A DNA stretch of 64,000 nt from contig OZ250169.1 of the NCBI GenBank assembly GCA_965237955.1, positions 3,520,001 to 3,584,000 on the forward strand, given 5' to 3'. Below the pieces are notes generated by a model that had not been told where the DNA came from, ran no database searches, and worked only from the letters and a program-made list of their open reading frames with translations. Made by a program: the position numbers and the translations under genes. The DNA comes from Candidatus Marinacidobacterales bacterium (GTDB lineage Bacteria; Acidobacteriota; Vicinamibacteria; Marinacidobacterales; SMYC01). Below are positions 20,184 to 29,930 of this stretch, in pieces. Position 1 is the first letter of the stretch; every line of letters starts with the position of its first letter.

Positions 20184-21307
20184 CGAACCCCTACGAGCTC
20201 GACGTCTACGGAAAAAGGGGCATCACGCTGGTGCGCGGGCAGGGGACGCGCCTGTGGGACGACGCGGGCCGCGAATATCTCGATTGCATGAGCTCCCACG
20301 GTGCCGCCATCCTCGGCCACGCGCATCCTGCGATCGTCGAAGCGCTCTCGCGGCAGGCAGCCGAGCTCGTTTCCGCGCCGGGCGCTTTCCATCATCCCCA
20401 AAAGACGCGCTTGATGAAGCGTCTGGTGGAACTGGCACCGCGGGGACTCGCTCGCGTGTTCTTGTGCAACTCCGGAACGGAATCCATCGAGGCGGCCCTC
20501 AAGCTCGCGCGCGCGAGCACGGGGCGGAGCAAGATCGTCGCCGCGAAGCGCGGCTTTCACGGGCGGAGCTTCGGCGCGATGAGCGCCACGTTCAGCCCTA
20601 AACAGCACGCCTTGTTCGCGCCCGTTGTGCCAGATGTCGACTTCATCGCGTACAACAAGACAGAGAGCCTCGACGAGGCCTTGGACGATAACGTTGCCGC
20701 TCTCGTGTTGGAGCTCGTTCAGGGGGAGGGAGGCGTGCACGTTGCCGCGCACGACTTCGTTGCCCGTGCTGCCACGCTGTGTCGAGAGCGCGGAATCCTT
20801 CTCGTCATCGATGAAGTGCAGACCGGCTTCGGGCGCACTGGAAGACTGTTTGCGTGCGAGCACTACGGCCACGACGGCCACGACGTATTGACGCCCGACA
20901 TCTTGTGTCTCGCGAAGGGCATCGCCGCAGGGTTCCCCATGGGCGCCATCGTCGTCCGTGACGGGCTCGAGTTCCCGCCGGGCACGCACGGCTCGACGTT
21001 CGGTGGCAATCCGCTCGCGTGCGCGGTCGCGAACACGGTGCTCGACATCGTGACCGCCGACGGGTTTCTTCGGGAGGTGGAAGCGAACGGCGTCTACTTG
21101 AGAAGCAAGCTCTCCGGGGAAGTCCGCGGCCTCGGTCTCATGGTCGGTATCGAGCTCGGTGAGCGCGCTCGCCCCTATTTGGACCGCTTGGCCGAGCGCG
21201 GTGTTCTTGCGCTGACAGCAGGCAAGAAAGTCCTTCGACTCCTGCCGCCATTGATCATCACCCGCGACGAAATTGAGCGCGCGGCCGAAGCGGTCCGGAC
21301 TCTCTAA
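20180..21307 (+). CDS. lysJ: Class III PLP aminotransferase (LysJ/ArgD family)
   Basis: NSGTESIEAALK, GFHGRS, ELVQGEGG, DEVQTGFGRTG, LAKGIA and HGSTFGGNPLAC motifs; GTGA overlap with lysZ. Confidence 0.93.
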   Translation: MTNPYELDVYGKRGITLVRGQGTRLWDDAGREYLDCMSSHGAAILGHAHPAIVEALSRQAAELVSAPGAFHHPQKTRLMKRLVELAPRGLARVFLCNSGTESIEAALKLARASTGRSKIVAAKRGFHGRSFGAMSATFSPKQHALFAPVVPDVDFIAYNKTESLDEALDDNVAALVLELVQGEGGVHVAAHDFVARAATLCRERGILLVIDEVQTGFGRTGRLFACEHYGHDGHDVLTPDILCLAKGIAAGFPMGAIVVRDGLEFPPGTHGSTFGGNPLACAVANTVLDIVTADGFLREVEANGVYLRSKLSGEVRGLGLMVGIELGERARPYLDRLAERGVLALTAGKKVLRLLPPLIITRDEIERAAEAVRTL

Positions 21308-21579
21308 GTCATCGCGGCGTCCGTGAAGAACTCGCGCAGATATACCATCGGAATCCCGGAGCGCTTCGAGACGGCTAAATGGCCGCTAAGAAACGCTTTT
21401 GCCGCCGTCTCCAGACCATACCGGACGCGTGGGCGCCGCGCCGATAGAGCGAAGGTAACGAGTAGAGCTGGCTGAAGTGGGAGCCTAACCTAACGGGTCC
21501 GAGCGGTCTCGGGGCTACGCCCGTTGCTCGCTCTGTGTAAGTGTCCGCCCGGACACTCGGGCGTCAACAAACGTTGACA

Positions 21580-21891
21580 CTAACACGACCGAGCGCAACC
21601 GTTTCCAAGCTCAGGGCTTGCGGAAAAGCTTAGTAGTTTTTCGGCTCCGCATGCCGAACACTTGAGCCGGGCAAAGCCCGCTTCCTCGGTTCCGCAATCT
21701 AGGTAGCGGGCGACGACGCTGTCCACAAAGCCGCGCCAGTAACCATATTTTTTCTCGAAGCGCTCCTCCCACAGAGCTTTCACATCCTCGTAGTACATCT
21801 CGAGGAGCTGATACAGGGGTGTGGCTCGGACATTGCGGGGACGGTACAGTCGAGGCGTCTCGACAGCAGCGGACGAGATGCCCAGGCCCAT
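21580..21891 (-). pseudogene. IS91-family transposase zinc-binding domain fragment
   Basis: YRPR...TPLYQL...YLDCG...GFARLKCSACG..LLSFS, cut just before the conserved CK. Confidence 0.8.
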
Positions 21892-22468
21892 AGGGCCCGT
21901 TCATCGGCGAAGTCCATGCCATCGCGAGCTCGCCCGTCATTGCCAACTGCAAGCGCACTCCCATCATGGGGTTGAGGCGGATGCGTCTCGACGGGCAGTA
22001 GTGTCCGTCGGATTCTGGAGTACCGGAACAACAACTCTTCGCGACAAAGAGCTCCTCCCAACCCGACCCTCAACCTCCATTGACGCCTACCCGTTAACGA
22101 CACGCTCTTGCTGTGTCTTGAACCTCGTCAACAGGCTTCGATGCCCACGTACAGGCACCGCGTCGAACCTTTTGTCTCTCGCGATGCGTCCGGATGAATT
22201 CTAAACGCCTGCCTCGTGAGGCAATTTCCCCTTCCACGGACTGACCCGCGCGATACAAAGGGCTATCCGTTTCAGCCCGAGCGATTGCGCTGCGCTACGG
22301 ACGGAGCGGCCATTGGCCGGACTCCGATGGCGCACCCGAGCTGCCCGGATTAGACTTCCTCGGCGGTCATCCGGGAGCGAGCCCGGTTGATGGCCGAACG
22401 AGCGCGTGAACGAAGTGTGAGCGCGCGGTGATGGAGTTTCTTACCAACTACGAATTGGAGGCGTTACC

Positions 22469-23417
22469 ATGCCGAATCTTCCCGGACGTCCGTTGGATTA
22501 CGTGGGGGCCGCTCTCGCGATGCTCTCGATCGTCCTGGCCCTGGCAGCGACGACCGCCGCACAAGCTCGACTGGAGGTTTCCCCCGAGCACTATCAGAAT
22601 CTCCGTTACCGCTACATCGGCCCGGTGGGGAACCGGGTGGCCTCCGTGGCGGGTGTACCCGGGGATCCCGCTGACCTATTACGTCGGCGCCGCTTCAGGC
22701 GGCATCTGGAGGTCGAAGGACGGGGGCGAACACTGGCGCCCCGTCTTCGACGACCAGCCCGACCACTCCATCGGGGCGCTCGCGGTGGCGCCGTCGGATC
22801 CTAAGATCGTCTGGGCGGGCACGGGCGAGACGCACATCCGCTCGAACGTCTCCCTCGGCACCGGCGTCTACAAGTCCACCGACGGCGGTGAAACGTGGCA
22901 CCACATGGGTCTCGCCGGGCCGAGTCGCACCTCGCGGATCGTCATCCACCCGAAGAACTCGGACATCGTCTATGTGGCAGCGCTGGGACACTCGCACGGC
23001 CCGCAGGCCGAGCGAGGAGTCTTCCGCACGGAAGGACGGCGGTGAGACCTGGGAGCACGTGCTCTTCGTGGACGAGAACACGGGGGCCTCCAGCCTCGAG
23101 ATGGACTCGAACAACCCTCGTATCCTCTTCGCGGGGATGTGGCAGATCGAGATCCACACCTGGGGTCGCGAGAGCGGTGGAGCGGGCAGCGGGATCCACA
23201 TGTCGCGAGATGGCGGCGACACCTGGACCAAACTCGAGAGGAACGGTTTGCCAAAGCTGCCGGTGGGAAAGGTCGGCATCTGCTTGACTCCCGCGGACTC
23301 GGATCGGGTCTACGCCTTGATTGAGACGGGCGACGGCGTGCCCAGCCATGGACAGGAGACAGAGAGCGGCGAGCTATGGCGCTCGGACGACGGTGGTAAG
23401 AACTGGCAGCTCATAAC
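22469..23417 (+). pseudogene. VPS10/sortilin-like BNR-repeat glycosyl hydrolase, N-terminal part, two frameshifts, truncated by IS5
   Basis: YRYIGP-GNRV, GAASGGIWRSKDGG, VWAGTGE and SRDGGDTW motifs across three frames; paralog of 53508-56642. Confidence 0.85.
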
Positions 23418-24504
23418 TGCCTTGGTGCACAACTCCGATAGAGGCCGAGAGCTCGCTTGGCCCCGACTCCCATCATCCGATCATCTCGCTATCAGGCATC
23501 CCGAGCGCCGTCATCGTGTTGAGAATCTTGCACCCGATCCTTGCCTCGACTCTCTGTGCCGCCAACCCTCTCGCTCGCATCGCTGAGCCCACGATAGCCT
23601 TGTAGCGATGGAACGTTGTCTCGACTTTGATCCGTTTGCTGTAGCCCGATTCTGTGTGCCACTTTCGTTTGCCGAGCCGAGCTTGTGCTGCAATGTTGCG
23701 ATTGCGCTGTCGGCTGCTCGCCGGCCCCGATGCGAGCTGGGCGCCCTTGCGCGGCGGTATCAGCACCCTCGGCGAGCAATGAGCGCTGTGATTCTCGATC
23801 GCCTCATAGACGCCGCTGGCGTCGTATGCGGTGTCAGCTCTGGCCGATGAGATGGGACTGTCGATCTGTCCGACAAGCGATGCAACCCGCGATGAATCGC
23901 GGGCTCTTTTGCTCGTCAGCTCGCCGGCGACGACTTCGCCACGCTGCTCGTCGACACACAGATGGAGCTTGCGATAGTCCCTGCTCTTTGGTGCTCTGCG
24001 CAGCTGGCCGGCGTGGACAGCGAGACCGCTGCTGTCGATCAAGATGTGCAACGGCGTCTTGTGCTTGTCTTGGTAGAAGGGGACCTTACCCAGCTTCGCC
24101 TTGCGCCTCGAGATCGTGGTGTGATCGGGCACATCATTGTCTAGCTTCATCAGAGCGAACAACGATCGCAGCAATCCCTCGCTCTGCCTAGATGACAGAT
24201 GAAACACCATGCCCAGGGTGACAGCCGTCTCGATGGCGTGGTTCGAGTACTTGCGTTGACGGCCCGGTTTCCTCCTCCTCGGCCGGGGCGCGTCCCAGTT
24301 CACAAGCTTGCCGGCGGTGAGCGAGATCCAGACGGTCAGGCTCCCACGGTTGCGTAGACCCGCCTCATATTCACGCCAATTCCTCACGCGATAGGCCTTC
24401 TTCACATACTTCCGCTGAGTGCGTTTGAAAATGCTCATGGGGAACCTCGAATCCGTGAGTAAAGGACAATTGTGGACCGAGATCGCGAGTTGTGCACCAA
24501 GGCA
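23418..24504 (-). mobile_element. IS5-family element, copy 2 (1087 bp; transposase 23473-24438)
   Basis: Same TIRs and near-identical transposase as copy 1. Confidence 0.95.
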
Positions 24505-24858
24505 ACGGTGTGGTGCAACGCAGAATGTTCGTTGCCGTGGCGACGATATCTGTGATCGTCCTGGCATGCATGGGAAGCCCGCCAGATAAGCCAAAAACTC
24601 CGGCCGATGTGTTTATGGAAACGTTTGCGTGGAGGGACATGGAAACGATAGAGGTTTTTCAAGATCGGTTCCCATCAGGAGTGTTTTTCAGGCATGAAAG
24701 CCGTCGAGGGGAGACGCGGGAGTTGAGGGCAAACTTTCCTGGCGGAGGCACAATCGTTTTGTTGGCGCGTCCGTGCAGCCCAATCGCTGGATCAGGACTC
24801 TGTGTCTGGACGGTTGACGTTGAATGAGATGAACCAATCCCAGATCGTCCGGTTGGCC

Positions 24859-24998
24859 CCGTCCTGTGCCAAAACTCGGCCCTATTGAAATAGACCATAA
24901 ATCAGCAGCTTAGTGTCTATGGTGCGCTCCCGTGAACGGCTTGGCGGGTTGCTACGTTTCTACCATCGGGAAGCCGCATGAGTATTTTGACCTCACGG
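24859..24998 (+). mobile_element. 140-bp miniature rve-type IS derivative
   Basis: Left end CCGTCCTGTGCCAAAACT...CAGCTTAG is joined to the last codons of an integrase (RERLGGLLRFYHREAA*) and the end TTTTGACCTCACGG; the same 3' part recurs at 63929-64000. Confidence 0.75.
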
Positions 24999-25006
24999 GG
25001 ACTTAC

Positions 25007-25212
25007 GGGTGCGAAGCTCACTGCCCGCAGCTCGCCCCGCAGCCGATTTGAGCCAGCCGTGCGTACCCCCGGTGGGCCTGTCGCTCGCCACCCGCAGCCC
25101 AGGGGTCGGAAGCCAGCCCTGCGGCGCGAAATACCCTCGATTCTGCGCGGATTCCAACTCATCCAAGCGTAAGTCCTTAATTTCCTGGGCGGAGCAGTTT
25201 TGACGATGCACA
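25007..25212 (-). repeat. Leader of the DUF2924 module, attached to a TGT-type IS end
   Basis: 25007-25158 is near-identical to 38139-38288 and 44788-44939. On the minus strand it is preceded by TGTGCATCGTCAAAACT...AATTAAGGACTTA. Confidence 0.7.
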
Positions 25213-25277
25213 ACATCTCAGCTCACGTCAAGGCTACGATTTAGAGAAAAGGTATATTTTCTATACTATAATAGCTC

Positions 25278-25541
25278 ATGCCATTTGAGTATGATCCCGC
25301 CAAAAGCGCCAGGAACAAGGCCAAGCATGGCATCAACTTTGATGAAGCCCAGGTGCTTTGGAAAGATGATCGGATGCTGGAAGCTCCGGCAAAAACCGAT
25401 GACGAGCCGCGTTTTCTGGTGATCGGAAAGATTGGCGAAAACCACTGGGCCGCCGTCTGCGCTCATCGTGGGGACAATGTGCGGATCATCTCGGTGCGGC
25501 GCGCCAGGAAACAGGAGATCGATCACTATGAAAGCAAATGA
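25278..25541 (+). CDS. brnT: BrnT-family toxin
   Basis: FEYDPAKSARNKAKHGINF, EPRFLVIG and RIISVRRARKQE motifs. Confidence 0.92.
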   Translation: MPFEYDPAKSARNKAKHGINFDEAQVLWKDDRMLEAPAKTDDEPRFLVIGKIGENHWAAVCAHRGDNVRIISVRRARKQEIDHYESK

Positions 25542-25743
25542 GTTCGACCGGAAATTTGATGCAGGAGAGGATGTTAGCGACCATGTCGACTGGTCGAAAG
25601 CAAAGCGCCCGAATGTGCAGGTAAGGCGGGTGAATGTGGACTTCCCGGCATGGGTTGTTGACGGGCTGGACCGTCACGCGCGGCACCTTGGCGTGACCCG
25701 ACAAGCGCTTATCAAGTTGTGGATCGCTGAACGGCTACAGTGA
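25528..25743 (+). CDS. brnA: BrnA/CopG-type antitoxin
   Basis: EFDRKFDAGED...RRVNVDFPAW...GVTRQALIKLWIAERL; overlaps the toxin. Confidence 0.88.
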   Translation: MKANEFDRKFDAGEDVSDHVDWSKAKRPNVQVRRVNVDFPAWVVDGLDRHARHLGVTRQALIKLWIAERLQ

Positions 25744-25920
25744 GGCGACGTCCGAAGCTTTGCCACCAACATACTAGGAAGTCAGCTCACCTGAGTCGGC
25801 TGACTCGTTCGACGCCAACTTGGCAGTACCGGTCGAAGCGTTGCGCGCCGGTCAAGGGACACACATTTCGCTAAGCCACCTGATGAAAGACTTGCCTCGG
25901 CCAGCCTATCTGTCCAGAAT

Positions 25921-27284
25921 GTTGCGCCCCTGATTTCTTGGACAGAACGAGCCCACCATAATCAAGCAGCCGGTTCGAGCGCAAGACGTTCTCGCGCCTG
26001 AATCGGAGATTGAAATCCAAGGCGCTCGATCAACCAGGATCGGTTGTAGAGAGCGCGGAACTCCTGAAGGGCGTGAACCAGTTCCGGTATGGAACGGAAG
26101 TGGCGAACCCAGAGCAATTGTTCCTTGAGCGTTTTGAAAAAACGTTCGATGCAGCCGTTGCCCTCGGGTTCACGGACGAAGGCGGGCGAGAACTCGATCC
26201 CGAGGAACCGGATTTCGTTCTGAAAGTCATCGCTCATGAACTGCGATCCGTGATCGTGGCGAAGCTGGAGTCCTGTCGCGCCATGGGCGTGAAAGCCACC
26301 GAAGTGCTCGTTAACGCCTTGCCGGATCGGGTCCAGGGCCTCAAAACGAGTCGCCCGTTTGACCGCATGGATGCCGACACACTCCGCAGTGCAATGATCG
26401 ACTGCGGCGAACACGGTGACCTGGCCCTCCTCGATCGTCACGGTGGCCGTGGCGTCAATGCCCCACATCTGATTCGGGCGCTCGGTCACGATGGTTCCGG
26501 TATGCACCTTCTCGGCGACGGGCGCCGCTTGCCGCTGGGGCGCCAGCAGCTGCGCGTCCCGCATCAAGCGCAGGACCCGGGCCTTCGAGGTCCGGACACC
26601 CGCGATCCGGAGCCGGGCCCAGAATTTACGATGGCCTTCTCCGGTAAACGGCGAGGCCGCGATCTCCTGCCGGAGCCGTTCGGTCAGTTCCTTGTCGCTG
26701 AACGCGGTCTTCGGTCCGCGCTTGCGTGCCTCGAGCGGATTGTGCCGCCGAGTCCGTTGCCAATAGTACGTCGACCGGGGCACGCCCCAGGCCCCCAAGA
26801 CACGGGCCAGACCATACGGCGTTCCGGTGGAGGGCGACTTGGTCCGGCTCATCTGTTCGACCTCCATCGTAGAAAAGGGTTCTCATCCTCCAGCTGCCGG
26901 ATGCGTTCCTTCAACAGATCGTTGTCCATCACCAGACCGGTCACTGCGGACTTCAGCGTCTTCTTCTCCTCGTCCGCCACCTCCCTCGTCCGGCTCTTCA
27001 GCCCGTCCTCGCCTCCTTGCAGAAACGCATCGCGCCAACTCGTCACCGCGTACTTCCGGCTCGTCGCCTCCAGTTCGACGCCACGCATTAGCTCTAGCAC
27101 CACCGTTACCTTCCGCCGGGCCGACCAACGGACCTTCCCGCGTCGCGCTGAATCCGGGGCCGCTTCGGTCGCCCTACGGGCTCCTTGCGCCGCCCTCGAT
27201 TCTATATTTCTTCCTCTGGACATCGTGATCCTCCTGTTCGGTATTCTCTCAAATCACTGTCCAAAGAAATTGTGGGGCGGGGGA
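25921..27284 (-). mobile_element. IS3-family element: orfA 26849-27223, orfB 25962-26867
   Basis: rve DDE motifs (WGIDAT, RHDHGSQF, GNGCIERFFKTLKE). Imperfect terminal repeats CGCCCC..ATTTCTT(T)GGACAG. CCCTTTT slippery motif at the orfA/orfB overlap suggests a -1 frameshift. Exact ends uncertain by a few bp. Confidence 0.9.
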
Positions 27285-27584
27285 ATGAAGATTACTGTCA
27301 AGGATAACCGGCTCATTAAGTACATTCTGACGCTCGCCGGAGAGGTCGAAGACGAGCTGTTCGTCTCGGAAGTGGTGAACGAGGAACTCTACGATTTGAT
27401 CGAGGACCCCGGCGAGCAGAAGAACTCGCTTCCCGAGAGGACCACCGATATCGGCCCGTTGCGCCGCGATGCCCTCTTTTTACTGGAAACGGCCCGGACC
27501 CTACAGGCCAAGCGACGGGGCCAGGAAGTCGTTCTGGATGAAGGGCTCTCGGAGCGCCTCAAGGCCCTGGGCTATATCAATTAG
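27285..27584 (+). pseudogene. C-terminal fragment of a sulfatase
   Basis: ELYDLIEDPGEQKN...ERLKALGYIN; the 5' part is replaced by the IS3 element. Confidence 0.75.
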
Positions 27585-27730
27585 TCATGCGCGGTCTGCC
27601 GTGACCGGAACGCTTTCCAGCTCTCATCGCTCCCTGAAACGGCGGAGTTTCGTCGAACTGGCCCTTGGATCACGCTGGCTCGGCTCCACGTTCGGCTTCC
27701 ACGAACATACTGCTATGGCCATGGGCGGTA

Positions 27731-27850
27731 GGTTGCTTCCGCCATCAAGTGTTGGTGATATGACGCTAAGACTTTACGGTGCATTAAGTTACAGCCACAA
27801 TATCGCTCGTGACCTTCGCTGCGCGCTAAATGGAGCGTAAGCGCCTCTTT
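27731..27850 (+). mobile_element. MITE type A, truncated left part
   Basis: Homologous to 59740-59850 (TGCTTCCGCCAT.AA.TGTTGGTGA.ATGACGCTAAG...GCTAAATGGAGCG). Confidence 0.65.
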
Positions 27851-27951
27851 GGTGCTTCCGCCATCAAGTGATGGAATGGACTCCTCCGCTGACATAGACG
27901 GCATCGATGTGCCAAAGTCAGTCGAATACGCATCGAAAAGGAGGAGTCCGA

Positions 27952-28984
27952 ATGAAAGATACGACGATCGCTGTGGATCTTGCAAAGAACGTCTTCGAGA
28001 TTGCCATCTCGGGAGAAGCGGGGAAGGTGTCCAAGCAACTCCGTGTGAGTCGACCCAAGTTGGTGTCGTTTTTTTGCCAAACAGAGCGCTGCCACCGTGC
28101 TTCTCGAAGCCTGCGGCTCTGCTCACTTCTGGGCAAGGACGTTCCGAAGGTTGGGACACGACGTCGTCCTGCTCCCACCTCACCTCGTGAGGCCCTATCG
28201 ACGCGGGAGCAAGAACGACCGCGCCGACGCCAAAGCGTTGCTCGAGGCCTACAGGAACGAGGAGATTCTTCCCGTGCCCATCAAGTCCGTGCACCAGCAC
28301 AGCCTCGCCGCGCTCCATCGCCTGCGCTCAGGATGGCTCTCCACACGGACCGCACGCATCAATGCCGTACGCGGGATCCTGCGCGAACTCGGATTCATCA
28401 TCCCAAAGGGCGCTCACTTCGTCGTGCCCGCCCTCTTCGAACTCGTCGAAGACGCTGATTCTGATTTGCCCGACGTGCTCCGTTCGCATCTCCGTGATGC
28501 CTGCTCCGAGATTCGAGAACTCAAGGACAAGTGCGCTGGCATCGAGCACGAGCTCAAGGCGCTCACCAAGCAGCTTCCTGAAGTCCAACGACTTCTCGCC
28601 ATTCCCGGCATCGGACTTCTGACCGCGACCGCCATCGTGGGCTTCGTCGGCGATCTTCGCCGCTTCCCATCGGGGCGCCGCTTCTCGAGCTACCTCGGCC
28701 TGGTTCCCAAGGAAAACTCCAGTGGCGACATTCGCCGCTTCGGACGCATCACCAAGCGTGGCGACTCCTACGTCCGTATGCTCCTCACCCAGGGCGGGCG
28801 CGCCGTGCTCCGCGCGGCGAACGTCAGTAAGAGCCCGCCCGACAAGCTCCGCGCCTGGGCTCGGAAGGTCCACCGCTCGCGGGGACACAACAAGGCCGTG
28901 ATTGCTGTCGCCAACAAACTCGCCCGGATCGTCTGGGCCGTCTCCACCCGCGAGAGTGAATTCCAGTCGCCCGTGGCCGCTTAG
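27952..28984 (+). CDS. IS110 DEDD recombinase; one extra T in a T7 run at 28069-28075
   Basis: IAVDLAKNVF, LEAC, KNDRADA, IPGIG, YLGLVPKENSSG, ITKRGD and AVANKLAR motifs. Confidence 0.92.
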
Positions 28985-29029
28985 ACTTAGAGGCTCCACT
29001 TTCGTGTTTTCCTTTTTCCCTTCCAAAAG

Positions 29030-29215
29030 AGGCTGCGACGATACCCATCCAACTGATGGCGTACCGGTCGGACCGGCGCGGGGTCAAGCCGATAGCAACA
29101 CTGGCCCTAAGAGGTCGTTCAAAGTGATTGGCTCCTCGCGCGCGGATTTTCCATCATGGCCCGGAGCACCCAAGACGCTCCTCACTGAGGCCGAAGATAC
29201 GTTTGCAGTCTGACC
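29030..29215 (+). ncRNA. Putative bridge/seek RNA of the IS1111 element
   Basis: ATAGCAACACT (29092-29102) is the reverse complement of target AGTGTTGCTAT. TTCCATCAT (29149-29157) is the reverse complement of donor junction ATGATGGAA. Partner segments are TCAAAGTG and AGATACG. RNA boundaries are approximate. Confidence 0.8.
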
Positions 29216-29321
29216 CATTCGTCACGACGCGATGGATACGCAGCTTCGATGGAAGATTTATTAAGAAAGGGGCTTGACTAGAGGAGTCCAGATATGTTGC
29301 TATGCCGTGTTTGAATGCTAG

Positions 29322-29446
29322 TCCCCTGTATCAGAACAAACTAGATAAAGCAGAGCTTGCCGAAACCATTCTAAGTGCATGAATCTTATGAATCTTATGG
29401 GCTGGCGAAAAGCCTAACTTTGTATAGTAATCAAAGATCCAGGGGA
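29322..29446. mobile_element. 125-bp MITE with CTAG target duplication
   Basis: CTAG-TCCCCTGTATC...GATCCAGGGGA-CTAG; the empty site GAATGCTAGTGTCAG is present in the neighbouring type B copy. Confidence 0.8.
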
Positions 29447-29650
29447 CTAGTGTCAGCTGGTCTGCCTGTGTCGGCGAACGCCATTAATTAAGGATGTCGG
29501 CGTGCACACGAAGGTGTCCCTGAACGTCAGGCACCGTGTGGTCAGCCCAGCCCGCATCGCCGAAAGAACTGCGTCTCTCGAAATCAGGCTCAAACTCTAG
29601 CACACGAGCGGGTTACGCGGCAGCCACCAACACTTGATTGCGGAAGCACC

Positions 29651-29889
29651 TCAAGTGTTGCTACCCCGCTAGAGGCATTTGAATGCTAGTGTCAGTTGGT
29701 CTGCGTGTGCTGGCGAACGCCATTAATTAAGGATGTCGGCGTGCACGCGAAGTTGTCTCTGAAAGTCAGGCACCGCGTGGTCAGCCCAGCCTGCATCGCC
29801 GAAAGAACTGCGTCTCTCGAGATCAGGCTCAAACTCTAGCACGCGAGCGGGTTACGCGGCTGCCGCCAACACTTGATTGCGGAACTACC
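29651..29889 (+). mobile_element. MITE type B copy 2, tandem, left TIR shortened
   Basis: About 200 bp closely repeats 29447-29650 and ends CAACACTTGATTGCGGAACTACC. Confidence 0.75.
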
Positions 29890-29930
29890 GGCACAGGACG
29901 AGGTCGCACGACCGACACTGATGTACGTGC

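Larger units (their letters stand above)
27871..29296 (+). mobile_element. IS110 family, IS1111 subgroup (1426 bp)
   Basis: Sub-terminal IRs TGGACTCCTC / GAGGAGTCCA, a TG core at both junctions (27869-27870, 29295-29296), and a long 3' non-coding end. Confidence 0.92.
27851..29650 (+). mobile_element. MITE type B copy 1, interrupted by IS110 and by a 125-bp MITE
   Basis: Left TIR GGTGCTTCCGCCATCAAGTG^TTG is split by IS110; right TIR CAACACTTGATTGCGGAAGCACC ends at 29650. Confidence 0.7.

Noticed and set aside
29053-29061. CTGATGGCG resembling the complement of target CGCCATCAA as an extra guide
   Set aside because: As I recall, a TGATGGC-like stretch is a conserved scaffold feature of IS1111 non-coding ends, so the match may be chance.
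27731-29889. Integron attC array as the IS1111 target
   Set aside because: No RYYYAAC...GTTRRRY boxes around cassette ORFs and no integron integrase; the repeats pair as MITE ends instead.
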